A stretch of 64,000 bases of DNA from contig CALJEJ010000004.1 in NCBI GenBank assembly GCA_938074745.1, positions 1,597 to 65,596 of the forward strand. The letters run 5' to 3'. This DNA comes from an uncultured Endomicrobiia bacterium. GTDB lineage: Bacteria > Elusimicrobiota > Endomicrobiia > DTEH01. Shown piece by piece: positions 8,327 to 18,847 of the stretch. Under the pieces are notes generated by a model. That model searched no databases. It was given only the letters and a program-made list of their open reading frames with translations, and had not been told where the DNA came from. Each line of letters starts with the position of its first letter. The first letter of the stretch is position 1. Position numbers and translations under genes: made by a program.

Positions 8327-11176
8327 TTATCCCTCGGCCCAACGAGTCATAACAGTTACGTCAACAACTAACGGAACTTCAAGAGGTACTACTGTCTGCA
8401 TAATATTTTTAATTTTTGGAACTACTTCTTCTATAATCTCGTTTTTAATTTCAAATATAAGTTCATCGTGGATTTGTAACAACAATCGTACATCAGTATA
8501 ATTATACTCTTTAGAAATTAAATTATCAATTTTTATCATAGCAAGTTTTATAATATCAGCAGCAGTACCTTGAATAGTAGTATTCACAGCAATTCGTTCA
8601 GCATAGTGTTTTAACGCTTTATTATCAGAAAGAATCATTGGAACAAGACGAATTCTATTAAACATTGTCCTTACAAAACGGTTTGTTCGGGCAAAATTTA
8701 TTGTTTGTTCAATCCATTGTTTTACTTGCGAATAAGTAGTAAAATATTTATCAATATATTCCTGTGCTGTGGTAGAATCTACACCAAGTTCTTTAGCCAA
8801 CATAGCTGCTGTAATACCGTAAATAATACCAAAATTTATTGTTTTACCTATACGACGTATATCAGAAGTAACTGTCACTTCGTTATTTTGAGATTTCAAA
8901 TTTAACACTTCAATTGCAGTCATTGTGTGAATATCCTTGTTTTCCATAAACGCAGAAATTAAATTTTTATCTTTTGAAAAATGTGCAAGGATACGTAACT
9001 CTATTTGCGAATAATCAAAACTCACAAGTTTATACCCATCTTCAGCAATAAACATATTTCGTATTTTTTTACCAAGTTCGGTTTTTACAGGTATGTTCTG
9101 CAAATTAGGGTTTTCCGAAGATAACCTACCTGTAGAAGTGCCTGTAAGATTGTAGGTCGTGTGAACTCTATTATCTACGGGATTAATATGTTGAGTTATA
9201 GGGTCAATATACGTATTTTTAAGTTTCCCTGCTTCTCTATATTCTAGTAATAAAGGAATAATAGGATGAAGATTATACAATGTATGCAAAACTTCCTCTT
9301 CAGTAGAATATCCTGTTTTTTTCTTTTTTATTTTTGGTAAACCTAATTTCTCAAATAACAAAAATGATAATTGTTTAGGTGAATTAAGATTTATTTCTAA
9401 CCCAGCAATATCAAAAATTTTTCTTTTTAGTAAAGAAATTTTTTGTTCTATTTCTTCTTTTAATGTTTTAAGATATTGAAGGTCTACCATAATACCCGTA
9501 TGTTCCATTCGCGCTATTACAGTTATTAATTTTGACTCTATTTCAGTATATAACTGCATTAACCCTTTTTGGTTAAGTTCATGCTCAATCTGTTGCCATG
9601 CAAGATAAATTTTTTCTATTGTAGTTAAAATTCTAAACATAAATTTTTCTATAGGAAAAATTGAAATATCTATATCTTCTGGAAAAACAATTTCAGCAAC
9701 AAATTCTTGTTTTAAATATCTATTTACAATTGAATTAAGTGTATAATCTTTCCTATCAGGGTCTAACAAATAATCACCAATACAAATATCAAACAATTGT
9801 GCCGCAGATAAATTTATAATCTGTGGTAGCATATCGTACAAAATTTTTAATTGGTATTTAAAATTATAACTAACAAGTTTAAGTTTGTCATTTTTTAACA
9901 GAAGATTAATAAACTGTACAAACTCAGACTTTTCTAAAATCGTGATTTGTTTATTTTCTAAACTTTTATGTTGAACCAAAGGAATATAAAATCGTAACCC
10001 ATTTTCTAAAACATTATCTTTTTGAGATGAAGTTTTTTTAATCAATATACCAGCTATACCTAAAATTTTATTTTTATCTGAGGTAACTAATGAAAAAGAC
10101 ATCTCTTCATAGGTGGACATTTTTGAGATTAACTCATGAAATTTTCTAGTTGTAGTAATCAACATAGAATTTTCTTTTATAGACAAATCTGTTTCATAAA
10201 TATCTACTTTAGAAATTGTTGGTTTATACGAAAAATCTAAACCTAACTGGAGGACATCTTTGTCTACAAACTTTTTTATGTGCGATTTGTCTTTAGTAAT
10301 TTCTGCAATTATAGATTTCATTTCATATTTATTCAAAAATTCTATAAGTTCTTGTTTGGAGTAATTTCTAAGTTTAAAATCTTCAATATTACATTGTTGT
10401 AACTCTTTTATATCACTACAAAGAACTATTAGTTGTTTACTTCTATATGCATTCTCTTTACCATTAATTAACTTTTCTTTTGTTTTAGAGTCAAGTTTGT
10501 CCAAATTTGCATAAATGTTATCTAAATCGCCAAACTCGCTTACAATACGTTGTGCTGTTTTCTCTCCTATACCATAAACCCCAACTATATTATCCGATTT
10601 GTCCCCTAATAAAGAAAAATAATCTACTAATAAACTCGGTGGGACACCATATCTCTGTTTAACTTGAATCTCGTCATACCACACATCTTTATGTTCATTA
10701 TAAACAATAATGTTTTTATCCACAATCTGAAGTATATCCTTATCTCCACTAATAATAATTATCTTATACCCTTCAGAAGAAAATTTTTTTGCTAAACTGC
10801 TTATAACATCGTCTGCTTCGTATGAATCAATAGTTATATGTTTGATATTAAGAATATTTACAAATTCATGCACAATAGGAATTTGTATCTTAAGTTCATC
10901 ATCTAACTTTTTTCTTGTAGCCTTGTAATCAGAAAAAATCTTATGTCTAAAAGTAGGTTTTGAACTGTCAAAACAGATACCTAAATATTTGGGATTAAAA
11001 GTTTTTATTATTTTTAATATCATACGGACAAACCCAAACACTGCATTTGTTGGCAACCCTGAAGTCGTGGTTAACAAAGGAATTGCATGATATGCACGAT
11101 GAATATACGCATTACCATCAACAAAAAATATCGTTTTGTTGACGTCAATATTAATCGTTTTAGAATTTATGGACAT
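8327..11176 (-). CDS. polA: DNA polymerase I
   Basis: 949 aa; N-terminal 5'-3' exonuclease region, C-terminal family A polymerase motifs (RRIGKTINFGIIYG; QIHDELIFE). Confidence 0.9.
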   Translation of the reverse strand: MSINSKTINIDVNKTIFFVDGNAYIHRAYHAIPLLTTTSGLPTNAVFGFVRMILKIIKTFNPKYLGICFDSSKPTFRHKIFSDYKATRKKLDDELKIQIPIVHEFVNILNIKHITIDSYEADDVISSLAKKFSSEGYKIIIISGDKDILQIVDKNIIVYNEHKDVWYDEIQVKQRYGVPPSLLVDYFSLLGDKSDNIVGVYGIGEKTAQRIVSEFGDLDNIYANLDKLDSKTKEKLINGKENAYRSKQLIVLCSDIKELQQCNIEDFKLRNYSKQELIEFLNKYEMKSIIAEITKDKSHIKKFVDKDVLQLGLDFSYKPTISKVDIYETDLSIKENSMLITTTRKFHELISKMSTYEEMSFSLVTSDKNKILGIAGILIKKTSSQKDNVLENGLRFYIPLVQHKSLENKQITILEKSEFVQFINLLLKNDKLKLVSYNFKYQLKILYDMLPQIINLSAAQLFDICIGDYLLDPDRKDYTLNSIVNRYLKQEFVAEIVFPEDIDISIFPIEKFMFRILTTIEKIYLAWQQIEHELNQKGLMQLYTEIESKLITVIARMEHTGIMVDLQYLKTLKEEIEQKISLLKRKIFDIAGLEINLNSPKQLSFLLFEKLGLPKIKKKKTGYSTEEEVLHTLYNLHPIIPLLLEYREAGKLKNTYIDPITQHINPVDNRVHTTYNLTGTSTGRLSSENPNLQNIPVKTELGKKIRNMFIAEDGYKLVSFDYSQIELRILAHFSKDKNLISAFMENKDIHTMTAIEVLNLKSQNNEVTVTSDIRRIGKTINFGIIYGITAAMLAKELGVDSTTAQEYIDKYFTTYSQVKQWIEQTINFARTNRFVRTMFNRIRLVPMILSDNKALKHYAERIAVNTTIQGTAADIIKLAMIKIDNLISKEYNYTDVRLLLQIHDELIFEIKNEIIEEVVPKIKNIMQTVVPLEVPLVVDVTVMTRWAEG

Positions 11177-11212
11177 ATACTTGTATCCAAAAATGGATAG
11201 TTTTAATAAAGA

Positions 11213-13693
11213 TTAGTCAGGTTTTGTATTAGTAAGTTTTTGTTGTAACAATTGAATTTTTTGTTGGAGAAGTTCTTTAGCCTGTTCGGATTTTAATAAC
11301 ATTTCACGTAAGTTATTTATTTCTCTATACAAATTTCTTATTTCTTGTTGATGTTGTTCCCTCAATTCTTTTTCATGAGCCAACAGTTCCTTTATTCTTG
11401 TTTCATAAATATTTCGTTCTACAATTAACATTTTCCTTAGTTCATTATTTTGTTGTTCACTTTTTGCAACAATTTGTGCTATTTCAATAGACTTCTTTTT
11501 TCTTTCTTCTTCTAAAAGTATAGTGATTTCTTCTATTTTTTTATCTTTCTGTTCTAATTTTAACTGAAATTCGTGCTCTTTTTGGTTTATTTTTTCTTCA
11601 TAATCTTTTTTAATATTATTTAAAATTTCATTGTCTCGTTGTAACTTCTCTAACTCTAAATTCAACATATCAATCTTTTTCAACAGGTCTAATTTTGTAG
11701 ATTCAAAATTCTGCTGTTCATAAGAAAGTTTATCTTCTAAAACTTTTATCTCTTGATTATATTTGTTAACAATTTCTTCAATTTCTTTCTTTTTCTCAGC
11801 GTCTATGTTAGATATTTTTTGTTGTAACTCATCAATTTGGGTGTTCAACGATTTAATTATGTTTTCATAAAACTCTTTGTTTTCTAAAATTCTTTGTTGT
11901 GTTTCTTCTTGCAATTTTAGAATTTGTGTTGTAAGATCTTTTTTTTCTGCTTCTAAAGATAATACTTTAGAAGAAAGTTCTGCATTTATACTTTCTAATT
12001 TTTTATATTCCAACTCAGATTTTTGCTGTTGTGACAACAAAAGTTCACAAGTTTGTTTTAATTCACTAATTTTTTGTTCATAATCTTGTTTTACTTTTTC
12101 AAAATCTTCGTTATAACTTTTCACTCTTAACTCCCACTCTGTCCGTTCATTAGAAAGTATCTCAGCCCATCTGTCTCGTTCTGTTTGTAACTGCAGGTTT
12201 TGTTCTTCAACTTTTCGTTCCAAATATTCTACTTGTGAGTGTAACTGTTGGTTTTGGATTTTTAGCTCTTGATATATTTTTCTTAATTCGTTATATTCTG
12301 CTTGAATATCATTAAGTTCTTTTTGCAATTTTTCAATTTCGTCATTTCGTGAAGCAAGAATTTTTTCATATCTTTCTACAGTATCTTTTAACTGCTGGTC
12401 TGTTCTTTGATGTTCTTCTTCCAACGCTTTTTTCCAAACTTGTATTTCAGAATTTAACTGTTGGACCAAGTTATTTTTTTCTTCCTCTAACTGAGAACAT
12501 CTTTGTTCCATTACAAGCCTGTTTTTATATTCTGTTTCATACTTATGTTGGACATCGTTTAGTTCTAATATAGTTTTTTGTAATTTTTCGTTCAATTTTG
12601 AAATTTGAGTATTTAACTGTTCAAACTCTTGCTGTTTTATCTTATCATAATTATATAACTTACTTTCTAATACAGATATAGTTTCATCTTTTTGTACAAT
12701 TTGTTGTTCAAGAATAGATTTTGAGTTATGTTCTTCTTCATATTTTTTGTTCAACTCTGCAATTTGTTGGTTTAAAATATTAATTTTTTCTTCATATTGG
12801 TTTATTATTTCCTTCTGTTTTTTTTCTGAGAAAATTCTATCTGTGTCAAGTTCTTTTTGTAGTTGTCGTAGTTGTTCAACTAGTTTCTTTTGTTCAATTT
12901 CTGCTTGTTCTTGGAACCTTTTTATTTCCAATTCTTTTTGTTCAATTAAAATATCTTTTTGTTGTAAAATTTCGTTAAGTTTATCAACTTCATTTTTATA
13001 ATTTTGAATCTCCAACTTCAACTCACCAATTGTAGCACGCAATTTTTCTATTTCGCCGTAAGTTTCAGCAAGTTTTGTCTCATAATCTTGTTTTTGTTGT
13101 TCAGCATGTTCTTTTATTTTTTCAATTTCTTTTTTTAAATCCAAAATTATAGTTTCGTAATTACTTCTTTCTTTGACAATTTGTTCTTCTTTTTGAGATA
13201 TAACCTCTTTTAGTTGAAGTATTTCTGATTCTTGTTTAGCAAATTGTGTTTCCCATTCTTTTATTTTATCTTCATGTAATTTTTTTAATTCTTGATATCT
13301 TTGTAATTCTTCTTTTAACCTCTGTTCTGCAGAATAAGTAATTTCTTTAAATGTTTTTATTTCATTTTCTATCATTTGCCATTTTGATATTTCACGTTCT
13401 TTTTGTTTTTGTAGTTCTTCAACATTTTTTTTAATTTTTTCCAACTCCATCTTTTGTGCTAATTCCAACGCTTCTTTTGTTTGCTGTAAAGCAGACTCTG
13501 TTTCAGCAAGTTTTGATTGCAAAGCAGCAATTTCTTTTTGTTTTGCTTCGTAAATTTTATTCCATTGTTCTTTCTGGCGTAAAAATTTCTTTCTTAACAT
13601 TTGCAGTACAGCAATTGCAATTTCTTTCTGTGCAGAATTTAATTCACGAGATAGTAAATCATAAGAAGAAAGTTCTATATTTTTTTCTTCCAT
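11213..13693 (-). CDS. Giant coiled-coil protein (826 aa, E/K/Q/L-rich heptad repeats throughout), no recognisable enzymatic domain
   Basis: Continuous ORF; composition and periodicity typical of long alpha-helical coiled coil; no TM segment, no P-loop. Confidence 0.6.
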   Translation of the reverse strand: MEEKNIELSSYDLLSRELNSAQKEIAIAVLQMLRKKFLRQKEQWNKIYEAKQKEIAALQSKLAETESALQQTKEALELAQKMELEKIKKNVEELQKQKEREISKWQMIENEIKTFKEITYSAEQRLKEELQRYQELKKLHEDKIKEWETQFAKQESEILQLKEVISQKEEQIVKERSNYETIILDLKKEIEKIKEHAEQQKQDYETKLAETYGEIEKLRATIGELKLEIQNYKNEVDKLNEILQQKDILIEQKELEIKRFQEQAEIEQKKLVEQLRQLQKELDTDRIFSEKKQKEIINQYEEKINILNQQIAELNKKYEEEHNSKSILEQQIVQKDETISVLESKLYNYDKIKQQEFEQLNTQISKLNEKLQKTILELNDVQHKYETEYKNRLVMEQRCSQLEEEKNNLVQQLNSEIQVWKKALEEEHQRTDQQLKDTVERYEKILASRNDEIEKLQKELNDIQAEYNELRKIYQELKIQNQQLHSQVEYLERKVEEQNLQLQTERDRWAEILSNERTEWELRVKSYNEDFEKVKQDYEQKISELKQTCELLLSQQQKSELEYKKLESINAELSSKVLSLEAEKKDLTTQILKLQEETQQRILENKEFYENIIKSLNTQIDELQQKISNIDAEKKKEIEEIVNKYNQEIKVLEDKLSYEQQNFESTKLDLLKKIDMLNLELEKLQRDNEILNNIKKDYEEKINQKEHEFQLKLEQKDKKIEEITILLEEERKKKSIEIAQIVAKSEQQNNELRKMLIVERNIYETRIKELLAHEKELREQHQQEIRNLYREINNLREMLLKSEQAKELLQQKIQLLQQKLTNTKPD

Positions 13694-13700
13694 ATAAAGA

Positions 13701-14474
13701 TTAACCTCGGTTAACCAACTTAAGTTTTTCTTGTTTATCTACAACAATTTTGGTGTATATTACAGGCGTAATACTCAAAATTATTTCATAATATTTGCCT
13801 GAAGTTGAAATGTCAACAATTTTGCCACTGATATATTTTTGCCCTTTACCAAATAACAGTTCTGTTATATACTTAACCACTTCACGACGGTCAATTATTT
13901 CACATAAAAGCTCTTTTTTTGGTTTTAGTTTATTAGCAGGCACTCCTGAATTGTTATCTATCACAGGTTTCGTTTTGATATAAAACTTCTCTTCTTCTAA
14001 CAGTTTATATGTTTGGTTTTGTAACTCTCTGTGAGGTGTAACAAAATTTGACTTGTTTAAATCTCTGATTACAAATTTTTCTATATCAAACATATATTTC
14101 ATTTTCTTATCGGTATCTGAAACATTAATTGATTTTAAAATAATATCTTTTATCACATCAATATCATTCTCTTTTAATGACAAACATATTTTTTCTTCGT
14201 TTTTATAAATGTCTGAATATAGTCTTTTGGTTGTATCAAACAAAGTAGCATTTTGTAGTCTATAGCGTAAAACCTCACGTTCTACATTTTCCCAACTACT
14301 TTTAATATCAATCTCGTAAACTTCAGGATTGATAGAGACAACTGCTGTTACTTTGAATATTTTTTTCCTTTCTATATCAGAAGTGATTATTATACAACCA
14401 TACATATGTTTTTCCGGAATATATATTTTATATTTTAGAACATAGATATTACTTTCTTGGGTGTGCTGTTTCAT
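13701..14474 (-). CDS. Hypothetical protein (257 aa), overlaps xerC-type recombinase gene by 26 nt (operon)
   Basis: ORF only; no recognisable motifs. Confidence 0.45.
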   Translation of the reverse strand: MKQHTQESNIYVLKYKIYIPEKHMYGCIIITSDIERKKIFKVTAVVSINPEVYEIDIKSSWENVEREVLRYRLQNATLFDTTKRLYSDIYKNEEKICLSLKENDIDVIKDIILKSINVSDTDKKMKYMFDIEKFVIRDLNKSNFVTPHRELQNQTYKLLEEEKFYIKTKPVIDNNSGVPANKLKPKKELLCEIIDRREVVKYITELLFGKGQKYISGKIVDISTSGKYYEIILSITPVIYTKIVVDKQEKLKLVNRG

Positions 14475-15390
14475 AAACTTTTTTTAACCGTTCAAGTGTA
14501 ACATGTGTATAAATATTTGTAGTTGATAAACTTTTATGTCCGAGCATTTCCTGGATACTACGTAAATCACAACCCGCTTCTAATAAATGTGTAGCAAAAG
14601 TATGTCTTAACGTATGTGGTGAAACTTTTTTATGTAATGCTGCAAGGGTAATCCATTTTGAAAGAATTCCTCTTATTCCACGCACAGTTAACCTTTTACC
14701 ATTTTTGTTTAAAAACAATGCTTTATTTACAAACCCAGCTTGAGTTTTATAGTTTAGATACTGTCTAATATAATTTAATGCAACATCACCAACAGGAACT
14801 ATCCGTTCTTTATTTCCTTTACCCACTACAGTAACTATACCTTCATACATATCTATATCATTTTCATTCAACCCTGCTAACTCTGATATTCTTAATCCTG
14901 AAGAATATAAAAGTTCCAAAATTGCCCTATCTCGTGAAGTGAAAAAATCTTTTGGTTGTATAAGTTCTAACAATTTTGTTATTTCTTCTTTGGTTAAAAA
15001 TTTAGGCAACAATTTTTCCCGTTTAACATTATAGATATATAATAACGGATTTTTTTCAATAATTTGTTTTTTAACCAAAAATTTAAAGAAAGTTTTTAAA
15101 CTACTAATTTTTCTTGCAATTGAAGATTTTTTATATTCTAACTTTTGTAACTCTGCAACAAAACTTCGTATTACCAGTTTGTTTACTTCATTGATGTGTT
15201 TAATTCCTAATTTATAGGTTATAAATAACAAAAATTCTTCAATATCTAAAATATAAGAATTTACTGTATTCCCGTAAAACCCTCGTTCTCCTACTAAAAA
15301 AGTCTTAAATTTAACAATAAGTTTATTGTATTCATCAGATAATGTTGCTTTTTTATCAATTTCTCTTATAATACTTTCTTTTATATTCAT
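14449..15390 (-). CDS. Tyrosine site-specific recombinase XerC/XerD family
   Basis: C-terminal catalytic region HTLRHTFATHLLEAGCDLRSIQEMLGHKSLSTTNIYTHV with the R..H..R..Y active-site residues. Confidence 0.8.
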   Translation of the reverse strand: MNIKESIIREIDKKATLSDEYNKLIVKFKTFLVGERGFYGNTVNSYILDIEEFLLFITYKLGIKHINEVNKLVIRSFVAELQKLEYKKSSIARKISSLKTFFKFLVKKQIIEKNPLLYIYNVKREKLLPKFLTKEEITKLLELIQPKDFFTSRDRAILELLYSSGLRISELAGLNENDIDMYEGIVTVVGKGNKERIVPVGDVALNYIRQYLNYKTQAGFVNKALFLNKNGKRLTVRGIRGILSKWITLAALHKKVSPHTLRHTFATHLLEAGCDLRSIQEMLGHKSLSTTNIYTHVTLERLKKVYETAHPRK

Positions 15391-15420
15391 ACTTACAATG
15401 TATCTAAAATCTAATCTATT

Positions 15421-17271
15421 TCAGTTGGTTTTGTTAGTTTCGTTATACTCCATTTTATATTTACATTGTGGATATTTCTGACAGGATAAAAATTTTCCAA
15501 AACGACTGTTCCTAACTATCATTACACTACCACAAATAGGACATTTCATATCTGTCTTCATTTCAGATTTAGGTTTTATTTCTTTTTCTGCTATAGATAA
15601 AGATTTTTTTAGTGGGTCATAAAACATTTTTACAACTTCTACCCAATCACGTTTGCCTTCAGAAACTTCGTCTAATAATTCTTCTATATTAGCGGTGTAT
15701 GACTTATCTACTATTTCAGGGAAATACTGAATCAACAACTGTATTACCTGTTCTCCTAAAGGTGTGATTTCAAATTTTCTATCTTTTAATTTCACATAAC
15801 CTCGAGATTTCAATGTATCTACAATAGTTGCGTAAGTAGAAGGTCTACCTATACCATGTTTTTCTAATTCTTTTATCAAAGAGGCTTCGGTATATCTTTG
15901 TGGTGGTTCTGTAAAATGTTGTTTTGCAACGCAATCTTTAATTTGAAGTTCTTCATATAGAGACAGTTGTGGTAACAATGTTTCTTCTTTCTCTTCAGGG
16001 TAAAGAATTGTATATCCGTCAAAGATAATCATTTTTCCTTCGGATTCAAAAATATATTTGTCACTAACTGAAATATTCACAATAGTATGTTCATATTCCA
16101 TATCTTTCATTTGTGTAGCAACAAAACGTTCCCAGATAAGTTTATAAAGTTTATACTGTTCTTCTGATAGATATTTTTTTATTTTTTCAGGTGTTCGGTA
16201 AACACTTGTAGGACGGATAGCTTCGTGCGCTTCTTGCGCATTTTTTATTTTTGTTTTATATTTTCTTACTGTTGGGAACAAATATTTTTCAGTATAACAT
16301 TCTCTAATAAACCTTCTAACTTCTTCGTTTGCATACGGAGATACGTAAACAGAATCTGTCCTCATATAAGTTATTAATCCTACACGTTCATTACCACCCA
16401 AATCCACCCCTTCGTATAAACTCTGTGCAATAGCCATTGTTTTCGACGGCGAAAATTTAAACTTCCATGAAGCTTCTTGTTGTAATGTTGAAGTAACAAA
16501 CGGTGGTAACGGAGATTTTTTCTTTTTTTCAGTAGTAACGGCTATTACTTTTCCAATACTTTCTTTTTTTATATCTTCAACGATTGTTTCTGCATCTTGT
16601 TGTGTTTTGATACTTAGTTTATCTAACTTTGTTTCACCTATAAATTTTAGTTTTGATTTTATAGTAGTCGTTGTAGAATTTTTATAAAATTCTGCCTCTA
16701 TAGTCCAATATTCTTGTGGGACGAACTGTCTAATTTCTTTTTCTCGTTCATAAATAAATCTCAAAGCAACTGACTGTACTCTACCTGCTGAAAGTTTATT
16801 TACTATTTTTTTCCACAACAATGGAGATAACTTATACCCAACTAACCTATCAAGTACACGTCTGGCTTGTTGTGAATTTACTAAAGATATATCAATGGTA
16901 CGCGGATTTTCTAACGCAGTTTTTATTGCTTGTGGGGTAATTTCGTGAAAAGTGATACGTTTAACTTTACTTTCATCCAATTTTAATGCGTTGACAAGAT
17001 GCCAAGCAATAGATTCGCCTTCACGGTCATAATCCGTAGCTAAATATATATTCTCAACTTTATCTACATACTTTTTTAACATATCCAAAACTTTTCTTGC
17101 TTTAGGCAAAATCACATATTGTGGTTTAAACCCATTATTTTCGTCAACACCTAACTTATTTTTAGGTAAATCCCTAACATGACCATATGAACTTTTTACT
17201 ATAAATTTCTTTCCTAAAAATTTTGAAATTGTATGTGCTTTAGTTGGCGATTCAACTATTATAAGGTCCAT
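15421..17271 (-). CDS. topA: DNA topoisomerase I (short form with C-terminal zinc ribbons)
   Basis: TOPRIM N-terminus (MDLIIVESPTKA), topo IA core, C-terminal CPICGS...CQKYPQCK Zn-ribbon; 616 aa. Confidence 0.85.
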   Translation of the reverse strand: MDLIIVESPTKAHTISKFLGKKFIVKSSYGHVRDLPKNKLGVDENNGFKPQYVILPKARKVLDMLKKYVDKVENIYLATDYDREGESIAWHLVNALKLDESKVKRITFHEITPQAIKTALENPRTIDISLVNSQQARRVLDRLVGYKLSPLLWKKIVNKLSAGRVQSVALRFIYEREKEIRQFVPQEYWTIEAEFYKNSTTTTIKSKLKFIGETKLDKLSIKTQQDAETIVEDIKKESIGKVIAVTTEKKKKSPLPPFVTSTLQQEASWKFKFSPSKTMAIAQSLYEGVDLGGNERVGLITYMRTDSVYVSPYANEEVRRFIRECYTEKYLFPTVRKYKTKIKNAQEAHEAIRPTSVYRTPEKIKKYLSEEQYKLYKLIWERFVATQMKDMEYEHTIVNISVSDKYIFESEGKMIIFDGYTILYPEEKEETLLPQLSLYEELQIKDCVAKQHFTEPPQRYTEASLIKELEKHGIGRPSTYATIVDTLKSRGYVKLKDRKFEITPLGEQVIQLLIQYFPEIVDKSYTANIEELLDEVSEGKRDWVEVVKMFYDPLKKSLSIAEKEIKPKSEMKTDMKCPICGSVMIVRNSRFGKFLSCQKYPQCKYKMEYNETNKTN

Positions 17272-17292
17272 TTATTAAATCCTTTCTATTTT

Positions 17293-18420
17293 TTAACAAA
17301 TACTAATATAAATTTTCCCAGGTAACGATTTTATTTTTGCATTTAATTCAAGATTAAAAATTATAGACATTAATTTTGGCATTTCTATCCCTGAAACATT
17401 TTGTAGTTTATCAATATGTATCCCGTGAGGTTCTGATTTTATAATATTTAACACACGCAAATTTTCTTCATCTAATTCTAACATCTCTGTTGATTGTTGT
17501 TTTTGTAAATCTGATCCTACATTTTTATATTCTTGTTGGACAAATTTTGCTAATTGTGAAATTTCTTCCACTATATCTTCGGCACAGGTGACTATTTTCG
17601 CCCCTGTTTTTATAAGATAATTTGTCCCACAACTTTGTTTAGAAAATATACTTCCAGGTACTGCAAATACATCCTTGCCTAATTCTAATGCAAACTTTAC
17701 TGTAATCATTGCACCGCTACGAATATCTGCTTCTACTACTACTGTGCCTAAAGAAAGTGCTGCAATGATTCTATTTCTTTGTGGAAAAGATACTTTACTT
17801 GGTAACTGTCTAAACGGATATTCAGAAATTAATGCTCCACAAGTAGGAATTTTTTCCTGCAATTTTCTATTTGTTGAAGGATAATAAACACCTAAACCGT
17901 TACCTAATACAGCAATTGTTCTTAAATTATATTTTATTGCAAATTCATGTGCTAAAGTGTCAATTCCATATGCTAAACCGCTGACTATTGTTAAACCATA
18001 TTTACTTAACCCTTTGATTAATTTTTCTACTGCTAATCTTCCATACGAAGTTGGCCGCCGTGTCCCTACTATAGCAATTGAAATATTATCTTCTTCTTTT
18101 ATTTCACCTTTGATATAAATTAACGGTGGTGCGTCAGATAAATGTTTTAACATCACAGGATATCCTTTTTCATTATACATTACAATTTTAGCACCATATT
18201 TTTTTACCAAATCAAGTTCTTTTTGTGGGTCTATTTTGTTTTTATGTTCTAAAATACTTTTTGCTATTGAAGGGCCTATACTTTCAATACTTTCCAATTC
18301 CTCTAATGAAGAATTAAATACTTTCTGTGCACTACCAAAATATTCTAACAACCGTTTGATTCTTTTAGGACCCAACTCTGGAATTTGATTTAATATAATC
18401 AGAGCTTCTAATTCAGTCAT
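17293..18420 (-). CDS. dprA: DNA processing protein DprA (Smf)
   Basis: N-terminal SAM-like domain (LNQIPELGPKRIKRLLEYFGSAQ), Rossmann-like DprA core, 375 aa. Confidence 0.85.
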   Translation of the reverse strand: MTELEALIILNQIPELGPKRIKRLLEYFGSAQKVFNSSLEELESIESIGPSIAKSILEHKNKIDPQKELDLVKKYGAKIVMYNEKGYPVMLKHLSDAPPLIYIKGEIKEEDNISIAIVGTRRPTSYGRLAVEKLIKGLSKYGLTIVSGLAYGIDTLAHEFAIKYNLRTIAVLGNGLGVYYPSTNRKLQEKIPTCGALISEYPFRQLPSKVSFPQRNRIIAALSLGTVVVEADIRSGAMITVKFALELGKDVFAVPGSIFSKQSCGTNYLIKTGAKIVTCAEDIVEEISQLAKFVQQEYKNVGSDLQKQQSTEMLELDEENLRVLNIIKSEPHGIHIDKLQNVSGIEMPKLMSIIFNLELNAKIKSLPGKIYISIC

Positions 18421-18425
18421 AATAA

Positions 18426-18842
18426 TTACAACAGTTCGTCAGGGAAAAGTTTCTGTAGCTTGTTTTTTTCAGCAATATTTTTATGCACAGTTTTATTATC
18501 TCTACATTGTGGTTGTAATAGTATTTCCGTATCATCAAACGTATATTTGTGATATGTTCTCATTAACTCTATAATGCTTTTAATAAATTTTTTATCAGAA
18601 AAATATTGTTGATACTTTTGAGGAACTTTCCCTGCAGAAAAAATTAGTTCATCTTCGTCTAACCCAAGTATTTTAGCTATTTTAGCGATTACTTTTTCTT
18701 CGTATGGTGGATTTCTCTGACCAGACAATATTTTTGATAAATATGACACATCTATTCCTGCATATTCTGCAACTTGTTTCAAAGTAAGCTTTTTTTCTTT
18801 TATACTATTAGCAACTTTTTTTATAAACTCTTTAAATTGCAT
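18426..18842 (-). CDS. XRE-family helix-turn-helix transcriptional regulator
   Basis: LKQVAEYAGIDVSYLSKILSGQRNP HTH motif near N-terminus. Confidence 0.6.
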   Translation of the reverse strand: MQFKEFIKKVANSIKEKKLTLKQVAEYAGIDVSYLSKILSGQRNPPYEEKVIAKIAKILGLDEDELIFSAGKVPQKYQQYFSDKKFIKSIIELMRTYHKYTFDDTEILLQPQCRDNKTVHKNIAEKNKLQKLFPDELL

Positions 18843-18847
18843 ATTTG

